Below are positions 41,650-55,268 of a stretch of 64,000 bases of DNA, piece after piece. A program made the position numbers and the translations under genes. Under the pieces are notes generated by a model that did not search any database, was not told the DNA's origin, and saw nothing but the letters and a program-made list of their open reading frames with translations. How positions within the stretch are numbered: position 1 is the first letter of the stretch; each line of letters opens with the position of its first letter. Origin of the DNA: Octopus vulgaris (lineage: Eukaryota); assembly GCA_951406725.2 (NCBI GenBank), contig OX597824.1:868001-932000 (forward strand), given 5' to 3'.

Positions 41650-43100
41650 ACTACGAGAATGAAATTAAAGCCGGCGGGCAAGGAAGTTCGTTGAGGAAAG
41701 ATGAGACGTTCTTGTTTGCGTTTGCGGGTGTAGCGTGGGGTGTGATATATAGAATGAATGAGAGAATGGAATTTCCCAAATTGAGAGGTTGGTCGCGGGT
41801 ATTCGGCGAACTGAAATCTCTAAATACAGGCTTGAAAAATGGCGCGTGCTTTTACAGAGCTCGGTTAGATGCTCTCGGGACGATATTTAGACGAGGCTGG
41901 TTTTACCCGTGTAGAGAGATTTATAGAGTATATAAAGTTGTTTACAATGTGGTCTGTGGCATGTGTAGGCTGTTTATAAATGTACAACTGGAGATTAAGA
42001 GAGAACTGTAACATATAGAAGAGGAGCAGCTGAAAATGCCGATATATGATTTGATAGGGAAGAAAAGTGTTTAGAAGCAGGTTGAATGGTAGTACAAAAG
42101 GTACCTTGTCTTTGGATGTGTGTGTGTGTGCATGTGTGAGTGAGTGTGTGTATGTGTGTGTAAAAGATACTGAAATTCTGTCAGTGCTTCGTATTCGGCG
42201 AACTGCGGTATTGATTGTAGATTCAGAGTAGCCATGTACTAAGATTTGTTGCATTTATTCGCTTTTGGAAAGGTAATCCGAATATTTGGTGTATAGACGG
42301 CCTAAGCAAGAAGATTTGCCAGAAGAGAATCCGGTGTGAAGAGAGAAAAGCCGAACTGGAAATGTGAGCCAACGGGTTCATAATGTAGAGACACAGAAAT
42401 ATCAGAGGTATCGATAGTAACACGGGTGTATCGTGGGAAATCACAAAAGAGTAGGTGTTGGTAATGTAACGACGACAGTGAGTTCATCCTAAGACAGGGA
42501 TAGCTAGATGGAAAAAATAGAGAGAGAGAGAGAGAGAGAGATAGATAGAGAGAGAGGGAGGGAGAGGGAGAGATTGTGACTTCTATACAATTGTCAATAG
42601 AACAACCATATAATACCAAAGTGATTCCAGATAACTGGGAGAAATTATAATGCTTCAGTTTAGCTCACGAAGAAGTTGGCGTAACTGGGATCCATCTAGC
42701 GACCTATGGGCACACCAGTAGGATGCCAGTAGACTTCACTAGAGAAAGAGAAAAGAAAAACTTAGTAAGAACGAGTTCGGGTTGGTTGTGCAAGGTTTAA
42801 GAACCATAATTACAGTCTAAGAATGTATAGTTGTGGCGGAAGACTGCGTAAAGATTTCACATCCGTTGGGAATAGATGTTGTGGAAATTAAAAAAAGAGC
42901 TCGAAAAGTTAGTGTCTTTGATATGGAAGGGCATAATATCTGCGAAAAGGGATATGATTTTACCAAAGTAACCGGGGAGGACTTCGGAGAAAGGAAAATT
43001 GCTGGTGGGAAACAGGGAGTGACCGAAATGGTAACTTGGGAACAAAAGAAAGAGGGGTTCAATGATTCTTCAACGTGAGCTTTGTGGCGTGTAAGGGAAT
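41650..43100 (-). mobile_element. Degenerate Penelope-like element (RT plus GIY-YIG remnants)
   Basis: Minus strand ELVLT..., TGVPIGR*MDPSYANFFV, LYGCSIDNC (YIDD-like), ISVSLHYEPVGSH, ILVHGYSESTINTA...VPFVLPF, and NFIYSI...LYTGKT...REHL (GIY-YIG-like). Confidence 0.7.
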
Positions 43101-43294
43101 GCACAGAAAGTAAACAATTACTTTGGACGGTAAATATTTTGGTTCAGCACTAAACTGTTTGCCTTCCGTTACGCAAAGCTTGTTATTGAAATGTAAACAC
43201 TGTTTCAGAGTTTTAATAAACTAGCAGAAACGCAAGCACACGATAAACATATACATACACGTATTTATGCTCACACACACACCCACCCACCCAC

Positions 43295-43343
<49 letters not shown>

Positions 43344-43627
43344 CACACAAACACGCGCACGCACACTCACTCGCACATAGTATCTATCTATCTATCTATA
43401 TATCTATCTATCTATCGATTTATTTGTCTGTCTGTATCTGTCTGTAAATATATCTGTCTACTTTTTATCTATATACATTATAAGCATACAGTCATGCATA
43501 TTTATTTATATACAAGCTTAAAAGCCGCCCGATTCGGCAACGCTTAAGCTAGCTCCTACGGAAGGATCTTCATTAGGCTTTGGGCCCTACAATGACACTT
43601 CATGCACTGAGTACATATTAAATTTTA

Positions 43628-43830
43628 TTAAACTCGACCAATATTTTTCAAGCAATGAACAATTTCCATCAAAACAATGATATAATTTGTCGATTTGGAA
43701 CTTATTGCAAAGCTGAATGATAAACAACATTTTTTTGTTTTTCCATTCGGGGTCAGTACAAATAGCTTGTTTCCATTCCTTACACTTGAATAACCAATAT
43801 ATAGCTGGCCATAGGCAACAATAAACTTAC
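43628..43830 (-). mobile_element. Helitron Pif1-like helicase C-terminal remnant
   Basis: YGQLYIGYSSVRNGNKLFVLTPNGKTK resembles the Helitron 'HGQLYVA.SRV...L.VL..NGKTKNVVY' terminus. Confidence 0.6.
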
Positions 43831-44557
43831 CCTTTAAAAATTCGACGATAATTCTTCTGCTGCCACTTAATTTAAAGACCATTCCATGTACACACGGCCT
43901 TTTCGTACAAACGATTATTTATAATAACTGGTACTTATATAAACTCCAGTTCGTAGTTTGAAGGCAAATTACACCACAGTGACTAAACACTATTTTAAAG
44001 TGCGATTTTTATGGTTTGGATTTGCTCTAAACGTATTTGACAATAAATATGTCTGAAATTTTGTATATTTTAGTATTTTTAAGGTAATAATAAAATTAGT
44101 CGAAACTATTTTCGTGCAGTCGGAGAGCGCTAAGTTTCCATTGCTCCGACGGTATGAAATAGGTCCGACAAATTTTATTAATATCTGAAAAAATACTAAA
44201 TTTCCAACATTTTTATGGTAGAGAGTTATGAGAGGCAACATTGTATGAGAGAGGGAGTTCAATACGAATTTCAGTTCCGAACGTTTTGAAGAACTTGTTA
44301 TGGTTAAATTACTTGATACAATTATAATATTCAGAGAAAGATTTTTTCAAAATGTTAGGATTAAGAAAAAAACAGAAACAAAACAAGAATGAAAATTAGT
44401 AGAAGAGTCATTGAATAGTGAGAGAGGGGTAAAGCATGAGGAACAGTAGAAATGCCATAGAATAGTGAGAGAGGGGGTCAGAGGAGTAAAGCTGAAAAAG
44501 TGTGACACACTGACACACTGACGTTCACTTTCGCATTTCTTCTTATTATATATACGA

Positions 44558-44597
<40 letters not shown>

Positions 44598-44628
44598 GAC
44601 ACACACATACATACATACATATAGTGAA

Positions 44629-44694
<66 letters not shown>

Positions 44695-45172
44695 AGAGAT
44701 AATGGTGTCATTGAAACCCAAAGGTGTCAGGTAATGCTGAATAAGTGCTATAGACAGACCATAGTTAAGTTCCAGATTTGGTAATATTGCGAATAAAGGG
44801 TTCAATGTTGGTTCTATGCCAGTGTGTGTATACAAGAATTTTCTTTGCGTAATAAGATAAAAAGCCAAGGGAATCTTACATTGCTTATAAACTCATAGGA
44901 TATTGGAATATTGCATATATACCATTATGCCTCTAAAATGGATTTACAACTTCAATATCCATACATATCTTGCATCTATTTTCTTTCCTCCACCTCACTC
45001 TCTATTTTGTATCCTATCTAAACTAACTATTACTTAACCATCCTCTCACACCGTCTCCGATGAAGGGATATAATTAATAAATATCTTAGAAACAGCTGTA
45101 AGACCTTCTATCTATAAATGCTGTAATATCTACATAACCTTGGCTTTTTATCTTATTATGCAAAACATTCTT
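44695..45172 (+). mobile_element. Penelope-type pLTR module between (TA)n tracts, with an internal inverted segment
   Basis: Homologous to 32150-32548; taataagataaaaagccaagg (~44850) is inverted at ~45138-45158. Confidence 0.65.
45053..45104 (+). ncRNA. Type I minimal hammerhead motif (CCGAUGA core)
   Basis: GTCT-CCGATGA-A-GGGATAT(..)ATATCTT-A-GAAA-CAGCTG-TA-AGAC: 4-bp stem I, 7-bp stem II including G-U pairs, palindromic stem III, GUA site. Confidence 0.65.
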
Positions 45173-45173
45173 A

Positions 45174-45213
<40 letters not shown>

Positions 45214-45359
45214 TTCACTATATGTAAGTATGTATGTGTGTGTCTATATATATATATATACATACACGTTATTGGAAATCCTATATAAAATTAGCTGAAA
45301 ATTCTCGGCATGAAACAATTGTACTAAATTACCGGATTCATTCCTGTTGCTTATTTTTG

Positions 45360-45474
<115 letters not shown>

Positions 45475-46021
45475 ATATTTCGGAATGGTCATATTGCCAG
45501 TTTAGCCAATAAATATTTAAACGTATATATATATATATATGTATGTATGTATATGTATATATATATACACAGATATATATATATATTCTTTGTACATATA
45601 CATATGTATATATGTATATATATACACAGATATATATATCCGTAATTGTACATAGACAATTGTATATATATGTATATATACATACAATCATACGCATACA
45701 CATACGCACGTATATACATTTGCATAGATTGTCGTATATCAGTATAATTGTTTATTTTAGAGTGTACACACATGCAAGTGTGTATAGATTTATATACTTG
45801 TGTATTTGTTAGTTTGTATGTTAGTGAGTGTATGCGTGTGTGTTGTTATTTTGAAGCATATACGTATGCACAAATATCTGTATGTATGTGAAAATATTGC
45901 CATTCGTTAATGTGTATGTAACGATATCTATACGAAAACATTTGTGTGTAGGTATTACGTATATAAGCATATCTACTTATTTGTTTGAATATATCTGTAT
46001 CGTAATACACATACACATACT

Positions 46022-46085
<64 letters not shown>

Positions 46086-47430
46086 AATGTACACGCAAAA
46101 ATATGTGAGAATGCGTAATGGTATTCCTTATAACCGTGTATTGCCATGCAGTCAAACACATCGTCTGCTCATTCGAGAGTGATCGAACAGCTGCAGCCGA
46201 CAGTTTCTCACTTAGCGACCGTCTTATTAAGATATAGCATTATTAATCACATTCGTTCATTTCCGGATTGAAGCTTATTTATTTTGCTAGTGCTAATTTT
46301 ATTTTCCTTTCACATAATTTTATCGTCTTAAGAGCATTATTATTGAATATCAAGTGTGGTTAATTAGCAGAATCGTTGCTTGAGCGTCCGACGAAATGCC
46401 TTCCGGTATTTAGTTACGGCTTCATTTCGTGCTGAGTTTAAATCTTATACGGGCCAATCTTGTCTTTTATCCTTCAGGGGTCAATAAGATAAAGTATTAC
46501 CCGAGTAATGGAATCGATATAACCGAATAACCTGTCTTCGAGGCCTTGTGCTTGTTTCAGAAACAATTCTTATTAGCAGAGATCATATTTGTAGATTCAA
46601 TAGAACGTGACTAAACGTCCTTATGGAGTCTTTTCTGATTCAATCTGCTTTCAGTTCAATTCATACCATGTCAACTTTGTCTTTCTTTTTTAGGGCAGTT
46701 GATTGGTAGAAATGTTAGAGCGTCGAACAAAAAACCTTGCGATATTTAGTCAGCTCTTTATGTTTCCTGATTTCAAATCACGACAAGTTTCGCTTTACCT
46801 TGCATCCCGCCGGAGGTGATGAGATAAAGTACCACTGAAGTACAGAGTCATTTTCATCGACTATTCTCGTTCTCCAAAATTTAAAATCTTGTGTCTGTGT
46901 CAGAAGCAATTCTTAATTAAAGTCGAGTAGTTTCGGTTGATAATATTAAAGTAATGCTAAATATCATACGACCGAAATATTTTCGATTGTACATTATAGA
47001 TTTGTGACAAACTATTAGAATCGTTAGAGCGTCAGAAAAACTGCTTCGTTGCATTGTGGTCAAATGCCACACAAAGGGATGGAAACCAAGATCTTTGTGA
47101 TTGCGAAGCAAACTTCTTAACGATCCAGCGAAAGTGCTTTTACAATCACTTGTATTTAGAATATAAAGCTGGTGTTATTTTATGCAATAATTTTAGCACA
47201 CTTTAAAGGTTTGAAAGAAATAAGAGGAAGAAAAAAACAAAGCAATAAAAGAAGGAAAAGAAGTTGGGTGTTGCATGGTTTCTTCTTTATTAGGAAAAAA
47301 TGGAAACAGAAGAACAAAACAAATTCTTGTTAATATGAATCGATGAGTAACAGAGAATTTCAGGTTGGCAGAAAAATTCTCTCTCTCACATACACACCTA
47401 CACAAACGCGCACACACATGTATTTCATAC

Positions 47431-47478
<48 letters not shown>

Positions 47479-47482
47479 CATA

Positions 47483-47775
47483 TATTGGTAAAAACGGTAA
47501 AATAACAAAAGAAAGAAAGAGACCTCAATATTATGTAAATAGAGGAATTTATCTGTAAATGTAATATGTGACAATTATTCGGTAGCCAAGATAAAACTCT
47601 GAGTTTCGGATGCCGAGGTGGAAATCGGAAAAACGCTATAACGGTCCCTTTTCATAGCGTTTTCCCGATGGCCAGATAACTGAAGAGATGGTGGTATGGA
47701 ATTCGACCTCGGCATCCGAAACTCAGAGTTTTATCTTGGCTACCGAATAATTGTCACATATTACATTTACAGATA
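47483..47775. mobile_element. Penelope-type inverted pLTR module (~70-bp inverted arms) with a hammerhead motif at 47674-47736, flanked by (TA)n
   Basis: 47550-47620 is inverted at 47707-47775; agataa-CTGAAGA-GATG(..)CATC-C-GAAA-CTCAGAG-TT-ttatct; 47483-47553 matches the reverse complement of 14382-14453. Confidence 0.75.
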
Positions 47776-48007
47776 TATATATATATATATATTTTACATG
47801 CATAAACACACAAACATAGATATATGCGTGTCTGTGTGTTTGTATATACTGATATACAGTGGAACATTAACGTTGCTTTGTACTATACTGTACTCTAGAA
47901 TTTACGACTAGATTTTCAGCCAACACAGTTTGTAATGGATGAATATAAAAACGATGTCTTAGAAGTAATTCAAATCCTCGTGTCATACACTCTCTTTTCA
48001 TTGCATT

Positions 48008-48080
48008 CACAAACACACACACAGTAATACACAAACACACACACAGTAATACACAAACACACACACAGTAATACACAAAC
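48008..48080. repeat. 22-bp tandem repeat (cacaaacacacacacagtaata, about 3 units)
   Basis: Seen directly. Confidence 0.85.
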
Positions 48081-48484
48081 ATATACTCGTATACACTCCT
48101 ACAAACATTCACACATACATACACATACATACACATACTCGCAGTCTATCTCTCTCTTACATCCATATACATACACAAACACACCGTATACGTTTATATA
48201 CAAACATATACAACTGTAAACAATTATACATAGAGAAAGCCACACACAGAAAGACATACGCATACACACGTAAGCTCACCATACGCACCCATATGCAAAT
48301 ACACGCATTTACACACGCACACATGGAAAATAAACCTCTGCCAAGGCAATACCAACGTCCACTCAACGATTAGCCGTAGATGTGTTTTAAAATGAGAATA
48401 TCTGAAATAAACTCGACTGCTTTCACAAACGAGAATACTAAAAACGAACCCGACCGATCTCAAAAATTAAGTTTAAAAAAAAGC

Positions 48485-48683
48485 GGAAAAATAATCCAGA
48501 ATCCTTGTCCGATACCAGATCGATCCCAAAATCTAATCAGTTTGTACCAGTCATGAGGCCAAACATCCCCGAAAGTTTCATCAGAATCCATCCAGCGGTT
48601 CTTGAGATATCTTGTCCATGGACAAACAAGCAAACAAACACGACTGAAAACAATACCTCCGCCTTCGCTAAGGTGGAGGTAAT
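48485..48683 (+). mobile_element. Non-autonomous Helentron-like (HINE/pearl-type) element end
   Basis: Core ...aaaatctaatcagttt...aagtttcatcagaatcc...cttgagatatc, an (ACAA)n tract and terminal stem-loop tacctccgcctt-cgct-aaggtggaggta (48654-48681). Confidence 0.55.
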
Positions 48684-49099
48684 GATGGCGAAAATGTATA
48701 GAAAAGCAAAAAGATTACAACTTACAACAAAAGTTTCTTAAAAACTATTCTAAAATAAAAAAAAAAAACAAATAATAAAAACCTTAGCAAAATACAAAAA
48801 ATGAAAGCAAAACAACCAACAACAAAAACAATAACAAAATTGTAACGAAAACGGACACAAAAAAACAAAAAACAAAAAGCAGCTAAAATGTCTTTTAGTT
48901 CTAATTCATTGAGTTATTTGGTCATTGTTGAGTGTAGGTCTTCATTGCTTCAATTAGAGTGACAACAACAACAACAACAATACTCAATAACAACGTTACC
49001 ACCACCACTACCACTACCACCACATCTGAAGACACAACACCATCACCACGAACTACAACAATACCTTCACCGTCATCGCTACCAGCAGCAGCAGCAGCA

Positions 49100-49548
49100 G
49101 TGGAGGCGCAATGGCCCAATGGTTAGGGCAGCGGACTCGCGGTCGGAGGATCGCGGTTTCGATTCCCAGACCGGGCGTTGTGTGTGTTTATTGAGCGAAA
49201 ACACCTAAAGCTCCACAAGCCTCCGGCAGGGGGTGGTGGCGACCCCTGTTGTACTCTTTCGCTCCACCTTTCTCTCACTCTTTCTTCCTGTTTCTTGTCC
49301 CCGACTTCCTACGCAACCGCTTAGCCTGGATGCGCATTCATCCATCCGTCGATGCTCTCGATGTCGGGGGTTGACCTGCTCTCTCTTCTGCGGGTCTTCA
49401 TCATCATTGTTCGACCGTGGTCGAGACAATGGAATTTACCATGATGCGCCAGACTTCACGGTCCATCATAGCATTACGGAGGTCCTGTTGCGGGTCTTAC
49501 GAGGACCACGTTTCGGACTTCTCTTACAACAGAAGACCGCTTCGCTCT
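49100..49548 (+). mobile_element. tRNA-headed SINE, family D, in a (CAG/CAT)n context
   Basis: A box TGGCCCAATGG, B-box-like GTTTCGATTCC; paralog at 52777-53128. Confidence 0.8.
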
Positions 49549-50866
49549 ACATCAACATCATCATCATCATCATCAGCAGCAGCATCACCAACATCTCCAC
49601 CACCCTAACAACAACGTCAACATCTTCAATTATCAACGGAACTGTTTTTCTTTTACTTTTTGTCAACATTTTCCAGAATAACGTCCGAAATTAAGGGGAA
49701 AGGGTTCATGGATTTCACTGACCCCGATGCTCAGCTGCTACTAATTCTATCGACTTCGGCCGAATTTGAATTCAGAGCATGAAGACGGACGGAATGCTGC
49801 TAGGCATTTTTTTCTCTGGTGTTCTAATTTCAAATGTTGGCACAAGGCCAGCAATTTCAGGATATTGGGATGGATAAGTCGATTTTCTTTGACCCCGAAA
49901 AGATGAAAGGCAAAGTGAACCTCGGCGGAATTTGAACTTAGGATGTGAAGACGGCCAAAATGTCGCTGCTTAGCTCCACATCAGTACTGAAAAAAAAATA
50001 TAGAAAAAACAGAGCTATGATGAAAGGCGTTCCATTCGTGAGCATTTCGTATATAGCCCAATAAATCCCTTGTTTAAGACGGTAGGATATGATTTGAAGG
50101 AGATTTGGCTGCTATTTTTGGTGAGTCGAGCGATCGTGTAGAAACTCCTTGGTTCAACACAGAAACCAACCGAGACATATTAACGCCATATAAAATGGTA
50201 GCAATAACATTAAGCGATGGGGTGGAGGGGGGAGCAGAGACTCCATTGTCTGACCCCGAATCGACTCAGCCTCTCACACGACTGTTTCTTGTTTCATTCC
50301 TGCTGTGAAAGGGTTGGTGGTGTGAGTGGCTGAGCGGGTTATGGAACTACTCAAGTAACACCAAAGGTGAGGAGTGTTTCGGTTTCAGATAAAGATATAT
50401 TTACAGAAGCTCAATTACAGTGAATTTAGAATTAATGTGATTATAGATATCAGTTTTGCCTTCATAAAAAAATTTTGTTGTTTTTTTTTAGGGAAAGAAT
50501 AAAAAAAAATCATAGCTACATCCGGAGAAATGATAAAAATGTCTAATAATTGTCTTGGTTTCTACAAGTGGAAAATATGAAAGTTCTTATCGAAATATTA
50601 CGAACAAATTTGTTTTCTTTTCGCGTTGAATTCGGTAATTTAAGGCAAGACTCTATAATTAACATACAAATGGATATATTTATACTCTATGCATCTCATC
50701 TACACACGCGCTCTCTCACACAGGTATTTTTATACAGTCACACATATACATATATGTCTGCGAGTGTATGTATGTGTGTATGTGTGTGCGTGTGTGTATG
50801 TGTATACATATATCTATTTCTAGCTATGTATATATATATATATATATATATTTATATCTCTATCTA

Positions 50867-50939
<73 letters not shown>

Positions 50940-51832
50940 ATGTATAAACACACATACATACACTCATAGATACGCGCACACACATATAAATGAGTGTCTG
51001 TATGTGTGTGTGCGCGCGCATCAAGATAGTCACTTTCGATAAAATGTTTATCTCTATTCTTTAGAGATGATTGCTATCGATGAATGACTAAACAGATCGA
51101 TAGATTTCAGGGAAAAAAGGAATTAGCAAAGTAATCATGATTGCAGTGAAAATATACAGCTTCTGATTGGAAGCAGAAAGTGGGTTGCAGGTTCGATTCT
51201 TCTCAAGTTTACCCCTTGTTCTACTTTGTTTTAACGGTGTAGCTAACAGAGGAAGAGCAATGGCACTTGTATAGGGACCCAGGGACGATCGGCTGAAGGT
51301 GGGTGACTTATGAAGAATGGTTCCACAAAAGGTAGCCAATGGCCTGATGGTGATCGTCAACCAGAAAACTGATACCTCCACCCTTCAGGGTGCCTCTGAC
51401 AGATTTTCATAGGGTTTCTCCGCTGCAAAATTTAATTTACAAGGCTTTTATCGATCCGAAGTTATGGTAGAAATTACTAGCTTGAGGTAGAGTGCAATGA
51501 GATTGAACTCGAAATCACATACTTTCCATGAGATCTTCCTAACTACACAGCTTCTTTCCATTTGTTTAGCTGCAATTCACATCCGAGCAAACCGATACTC
51601 AAAATTATTCCAACCATGACAAACATGTCTATTTATAGTTATCTAGGACCACATTATCTAAAGTATCACGTTATTTTTCAAGATGTAAGTGTGATTTGAG
51701 AGAGGACTAGCTGTTCGGAAGGCTGCTTCGAGTCTTTCTAGTTGAATTCATTTTGAGTATATAATTAATAAACATCACAGTGGAATGTTTCTTATGAATG
51801 TTTTTAAAACGTAAGGGTAACTGTTTCAGTAT

Positions 51833-51907
<75 letters not shown>

Positions 51908-51909
<2 letters not shown>

Positions 51910-52140
51910 AGATCGCCATGATAGATCGTTAGCCACTACATAGATTTTCTCTCTCCTTGTTTCTCTCCTTGTTTCTCTCCTTGTTTCTCTCCTTGTTTTT
52001 TCTGTGCCCCTTTCTGTAGAAGAGCGTAGGCTCGAAACGTAAAAGACTTTTTCTATTCCTGAGCGTTATACTAATACATCTGTTTGTTTTGTACACCACC
52101 TGTCTTCGTCATTCGTTTTATTTTTCGTAAACTCTCCCTA
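51908..52140 (+). mobile_element. Short pLTR-like module between (TA)n tracts, with a 13-bp tandem repeat (tttctctccttgt)
   Basis: Homologous to 33410-33560 and 26920-27030. Confidence 0.65.
52010..52045 (+). ncRNA. Variant minimal hammerhead motif (CUGUAGA core)
   Basis: CTTT-CTGTAGA-A-GAGC(GTAG)GCTC-GAAA-CG-TA-AAAG: stems I and II intact, palindromic ACGT stem III, GUA site. Confidence 0.6.
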
Positions 52141-52423
52141 TATATATATATACTGCTTCATTTTGTCTCTTTACCTCACTTATCTGTTCTAATAATTACT
52201 TTTGGCAAAGATAAAAGGTCAGCTATTAGAAGGGACCCCCAAATCGTGACTAATATTTACTATGTCGACACTGAATAGTTATCAGGAATATACTAGAATC
52301 GAAGACATCCACTTGCGATGGTGATTCGACAACTGACTTTAAAAGGAAGTTTTATAACATTGGTTACTAACACTGACATAAGGCCATATATTTCCGGGGA
52401 AGGACTTTGGCCGATTAAAATAT

Positions 52424-52578
52424 TTATTTCTTTATTGCCCACAGGGACTAAACATAGAGGGGTCAAACAAGGACAGACAAAGGGATTAAGTCGATTACAT
52501 CGGCCCCAGTGCGTAACAGGTACATTTTTAATCGACCCCAAATAGATGAAAGGCAAAGTGGACCTCGGCGGAATTTGA
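52424..52578 (-). mobile_element. SINE family A variant, 3' part
   Basis: Reverse complement of 56125-56280, roughly 85-90% identical by eye. Confidence 0.8.
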
Positions 52579-52776
52579 GCCGATTACAATATTGTAAAAT
52601 AAAGTATTTATCAATCATGGAAAGGTGAAAAAAGCATTAAATTGGCCTCAGCGGGATTTGAACTCAGAAAGCTGTAAGAAAAAGCTTTCAGCATTAAGTA
52701 CTGTACTTCAAGTTGTCAATCATGGAAGGGAGAAAGAAAAGCAAAACTGACCTCATCGAAATTTGACCTCAGAGCA

Positions 52777-53128
52777 GTGGAGGCGCAATGGCCCAGTGGT
52801 TAGGGCAGCAGACTCGCGGTTTCGATTTCCAGTCCGGGCGTTGTGTGTGTTTATTGAGCGAAAACATCTAAAAGCTCCACGAGGCTCCGGCAGGGGGTGG
52901 TGTACTTTTGTACTTTTTCGCCCCAACTTTCTCTCACTCTTTCTTCCTGTTTCTTGTCCCCGACTTCCTACGCAACCGCTGAGCCTGGATGCGCATTCAT
53001 CCATCCGCCGATGCTCTCGGTGCCGGGGGTTGACCTGCTTTCTCTTCTGCGGATCTTACGAATATCAAAGGACCACGTTTCGGACTTCTCCCATCTTGCG
53101 AGCTCTGGGACGAAGACCGTTCGCTCAA
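52777..53128 (+). mobile_element. SINE family D, second copy with deletions
   Basis: Homologous to 49100-49548. Confidence 0.8.
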
Positions 53129-53469
53129 CAGCAGCAGCAACATACCGTCAGCAACAGTTTAACCTGACACTCTTACGCTTCTCGTATTCGCACGAATAAA
53201 GACTGTGTGCTTCTAGCAAAGCATTAAAACACTGCTCTCTTTTTATATTCCAACACTGTCGGCTGCTCTGTTAATGTTCCACTACGAGGATGAAAGATCA
53301 AAGATTTATATTCAGAACATTTTGGTAAGAAACAACAAACAATCGAGTAGGCATTTAGCTTTTCATTTACTTCAACACCTTCCTACATTTGTATATATTC
53401 TAACAAGAAATCTCTGAATGAAGAATAACTTTACTAATACTCTGCTTTTTTCTTTCTTTATTCTTTCAG

Positions 53470-53835
53470 CTGTTTCAGTGGCCGTAAGCTGTTTCACTTT
53501 GGTCGCAATTTCTCTGGAACGATACTTCGCCATTTGCCGACCTCTCCAGTCACGCAGTTGGCAAACAGTCACTCACGCTTACATCTCAATCGTTATATGC
53601 TGGGCACTGTCAGCTATGATTACAATACCAATCGCCACTTACAACAAACTGGTACCTTACATATCATTTAGTAAGTGTGAAGAAAAATGGCCGGCTAAAA
53701 TTGGAGAGCAGATCTATACGAGTTTGTTGGATTTGGTTCTACTGCTTGTACCAATTTTTATTATGTCCATGGCATATGGAATGATCTGTTTCACTCTTTG
53801 GAAAGGAATTCGTCTCGAAAGACTTGCAGAAAAAG
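53470..53835 (+). CDS. CCKR: Internal coding exon (366 nt, phase 1/1) of a cholecystokinin/sulfakinin-type class A GPCR, TM3-TM5
   Basis: AVSVAVSCFTLVAISLERYFAICRPLQSRSWQTVTHAY...CWALS...CEEKWP...LLDLVLLLVPIFIMSMAYGMICFTLWKGI; 'LERY.AIC.PLQSR.WQT..HA' is the CCK-receptor signature; polypyrimidine tract and ttctttcAG acceptor (53468-53469); AAAG|GTATGT donor (53836). Confidence 0.92.
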
Positions 53836-54241
53836 GTATGTAATTTGAAATAATTTTTTGCATTACTACATATATTAAGAACCAGCCGTGACCCTCGAAA
53901 GAATATGCCTTAGTGACATAAATTATAATTTCGCTAATTGTTTTAGGTTCGTATGTAATCGTGAGAAGACATAAACACCTTGACTTTCTTTCGTTTGCGA
54001 AGGCCAATTCATGTAATAGTTCTCTCTCTCTGTCTCTCTCGCTCCGATTCTCTCTCCGTCTCTCTCTATCTATATCTGTCTGTCTGTCTGTCTATATGCA
54101 ATGAACACAAATACACAGGTAGAGCACAGTTTGACAGGAATATTATTAGTTTAGCGCTTAATGGAGAAAGAGAGTTACTCAACGTTTCGGGTGTTAATTC
54201 TCCACTTGGAAGAAGGAAAGGAAAAGAGAGGCATAGTGAGA

Positions 54242-54275
<34 letters not shown>

Positions 54276-55081
54276 GGGGGGGGGAGGGAAGAGAGAGAGA
54301 GAGAGAAAAGAAAGAGAGAGAGGTTAGAAATGGGGAGGTGATGCTTTTCCATGGGTAATGAAGAAGAGAGGAAGTAGCGAGTGTGTAGATGCATACATCA
54401 GGGTGTCTCTTGAAGCCGGCTTGTTTCTGTGTGTGTCAGGGTGGTGCATGGATTATGAATTTGTTTGTGCCTGTTTAGGGTAGCGTTGGTTATTGGTGTA
54501 GGAAGACGTTGTTTGTGTAATCGTTATATGGGTGGTGTGAAAGAATGGATGTGAAGATATGAGAGTGTGTGCGAATGTGTAGAAATAAGGGCAGTGATGA
54601 AGCATTTGCGATAGCAAGATTGAGGTGAAAGTTGTGCTTGTGAGTGCATTGTGAGATCATTTCTTATTGGTTGTTCATTTTCTTTAAACAGAAGAGAATT
54701 TTTCAATCCTTAAAGAAAAACATTTTCTCTCATTAATTAAATATATCGCACCATATTTTGCTCGCCTTCATAATTATTTAATGTAACTATGTTTCAGCCA
54801 CAATGTTTAGTCTTTAAATATTTACTAAAAAACCGTTTCGGTAAAGCCATCATTTCGCAGTACGACCATTTGAAAGAGACATTAATTTTCAGAAAAATTT
54901 GATGCAAATTTTGATGCAATTTTATATTGATCATAATTTATTTAAATAAGGTAATAAATCAGGTAAATTAAATTTGATATCCCGATTTTTACATTTCTTA
55001 ATTCCTTTGCAATAGATCTTCAACTTACGCTGTTTAACAAATCAATCTTAGTAATGTTGAAATTCTTGGAGAAGATCTTAA

Positions 55082-55268
55082 CCCCTCCGTGACCCTCATG
55101 TATCACATACACGTTTCCAATTCGTTTTAATCACTGGAGTAATATGGAACTCCTGAAAGGAAAGCTTTATGTTACTCAGAATGTAAGAAACAAAATCTAT
55201 CTAGAAGTTTGAAAACATGTATGGATGTTTAAGACGAATTCATGGAAATGCTTTGGTCGGACGAAGGG
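55082..55268. mobile_element. Possible piggyBac-like MITE
   Basis: TTAA-cccctccgtgacc ... ggtcggacgaaggg-TTAA; short imperfect TIRs. Confidence 0.3.

Noticed and set aside
49100-49175. tRNA gene
   Set aside because: A/B boxes are present but there is no complete cloverleaf, and it continues into a body repeated at 52777, so it is a SINE head; the same applies to families A-C
53418-53469. ATG at 53418 as the receptor start
   Set aside because: The sequence is the polypyrimidine tract before the AG acceptor; homology begins in TM3
53836-54010. Exon-complementary sequence for recoding editing
   Set aside because: Only short scattered complementarity to the exon end was visible by eye
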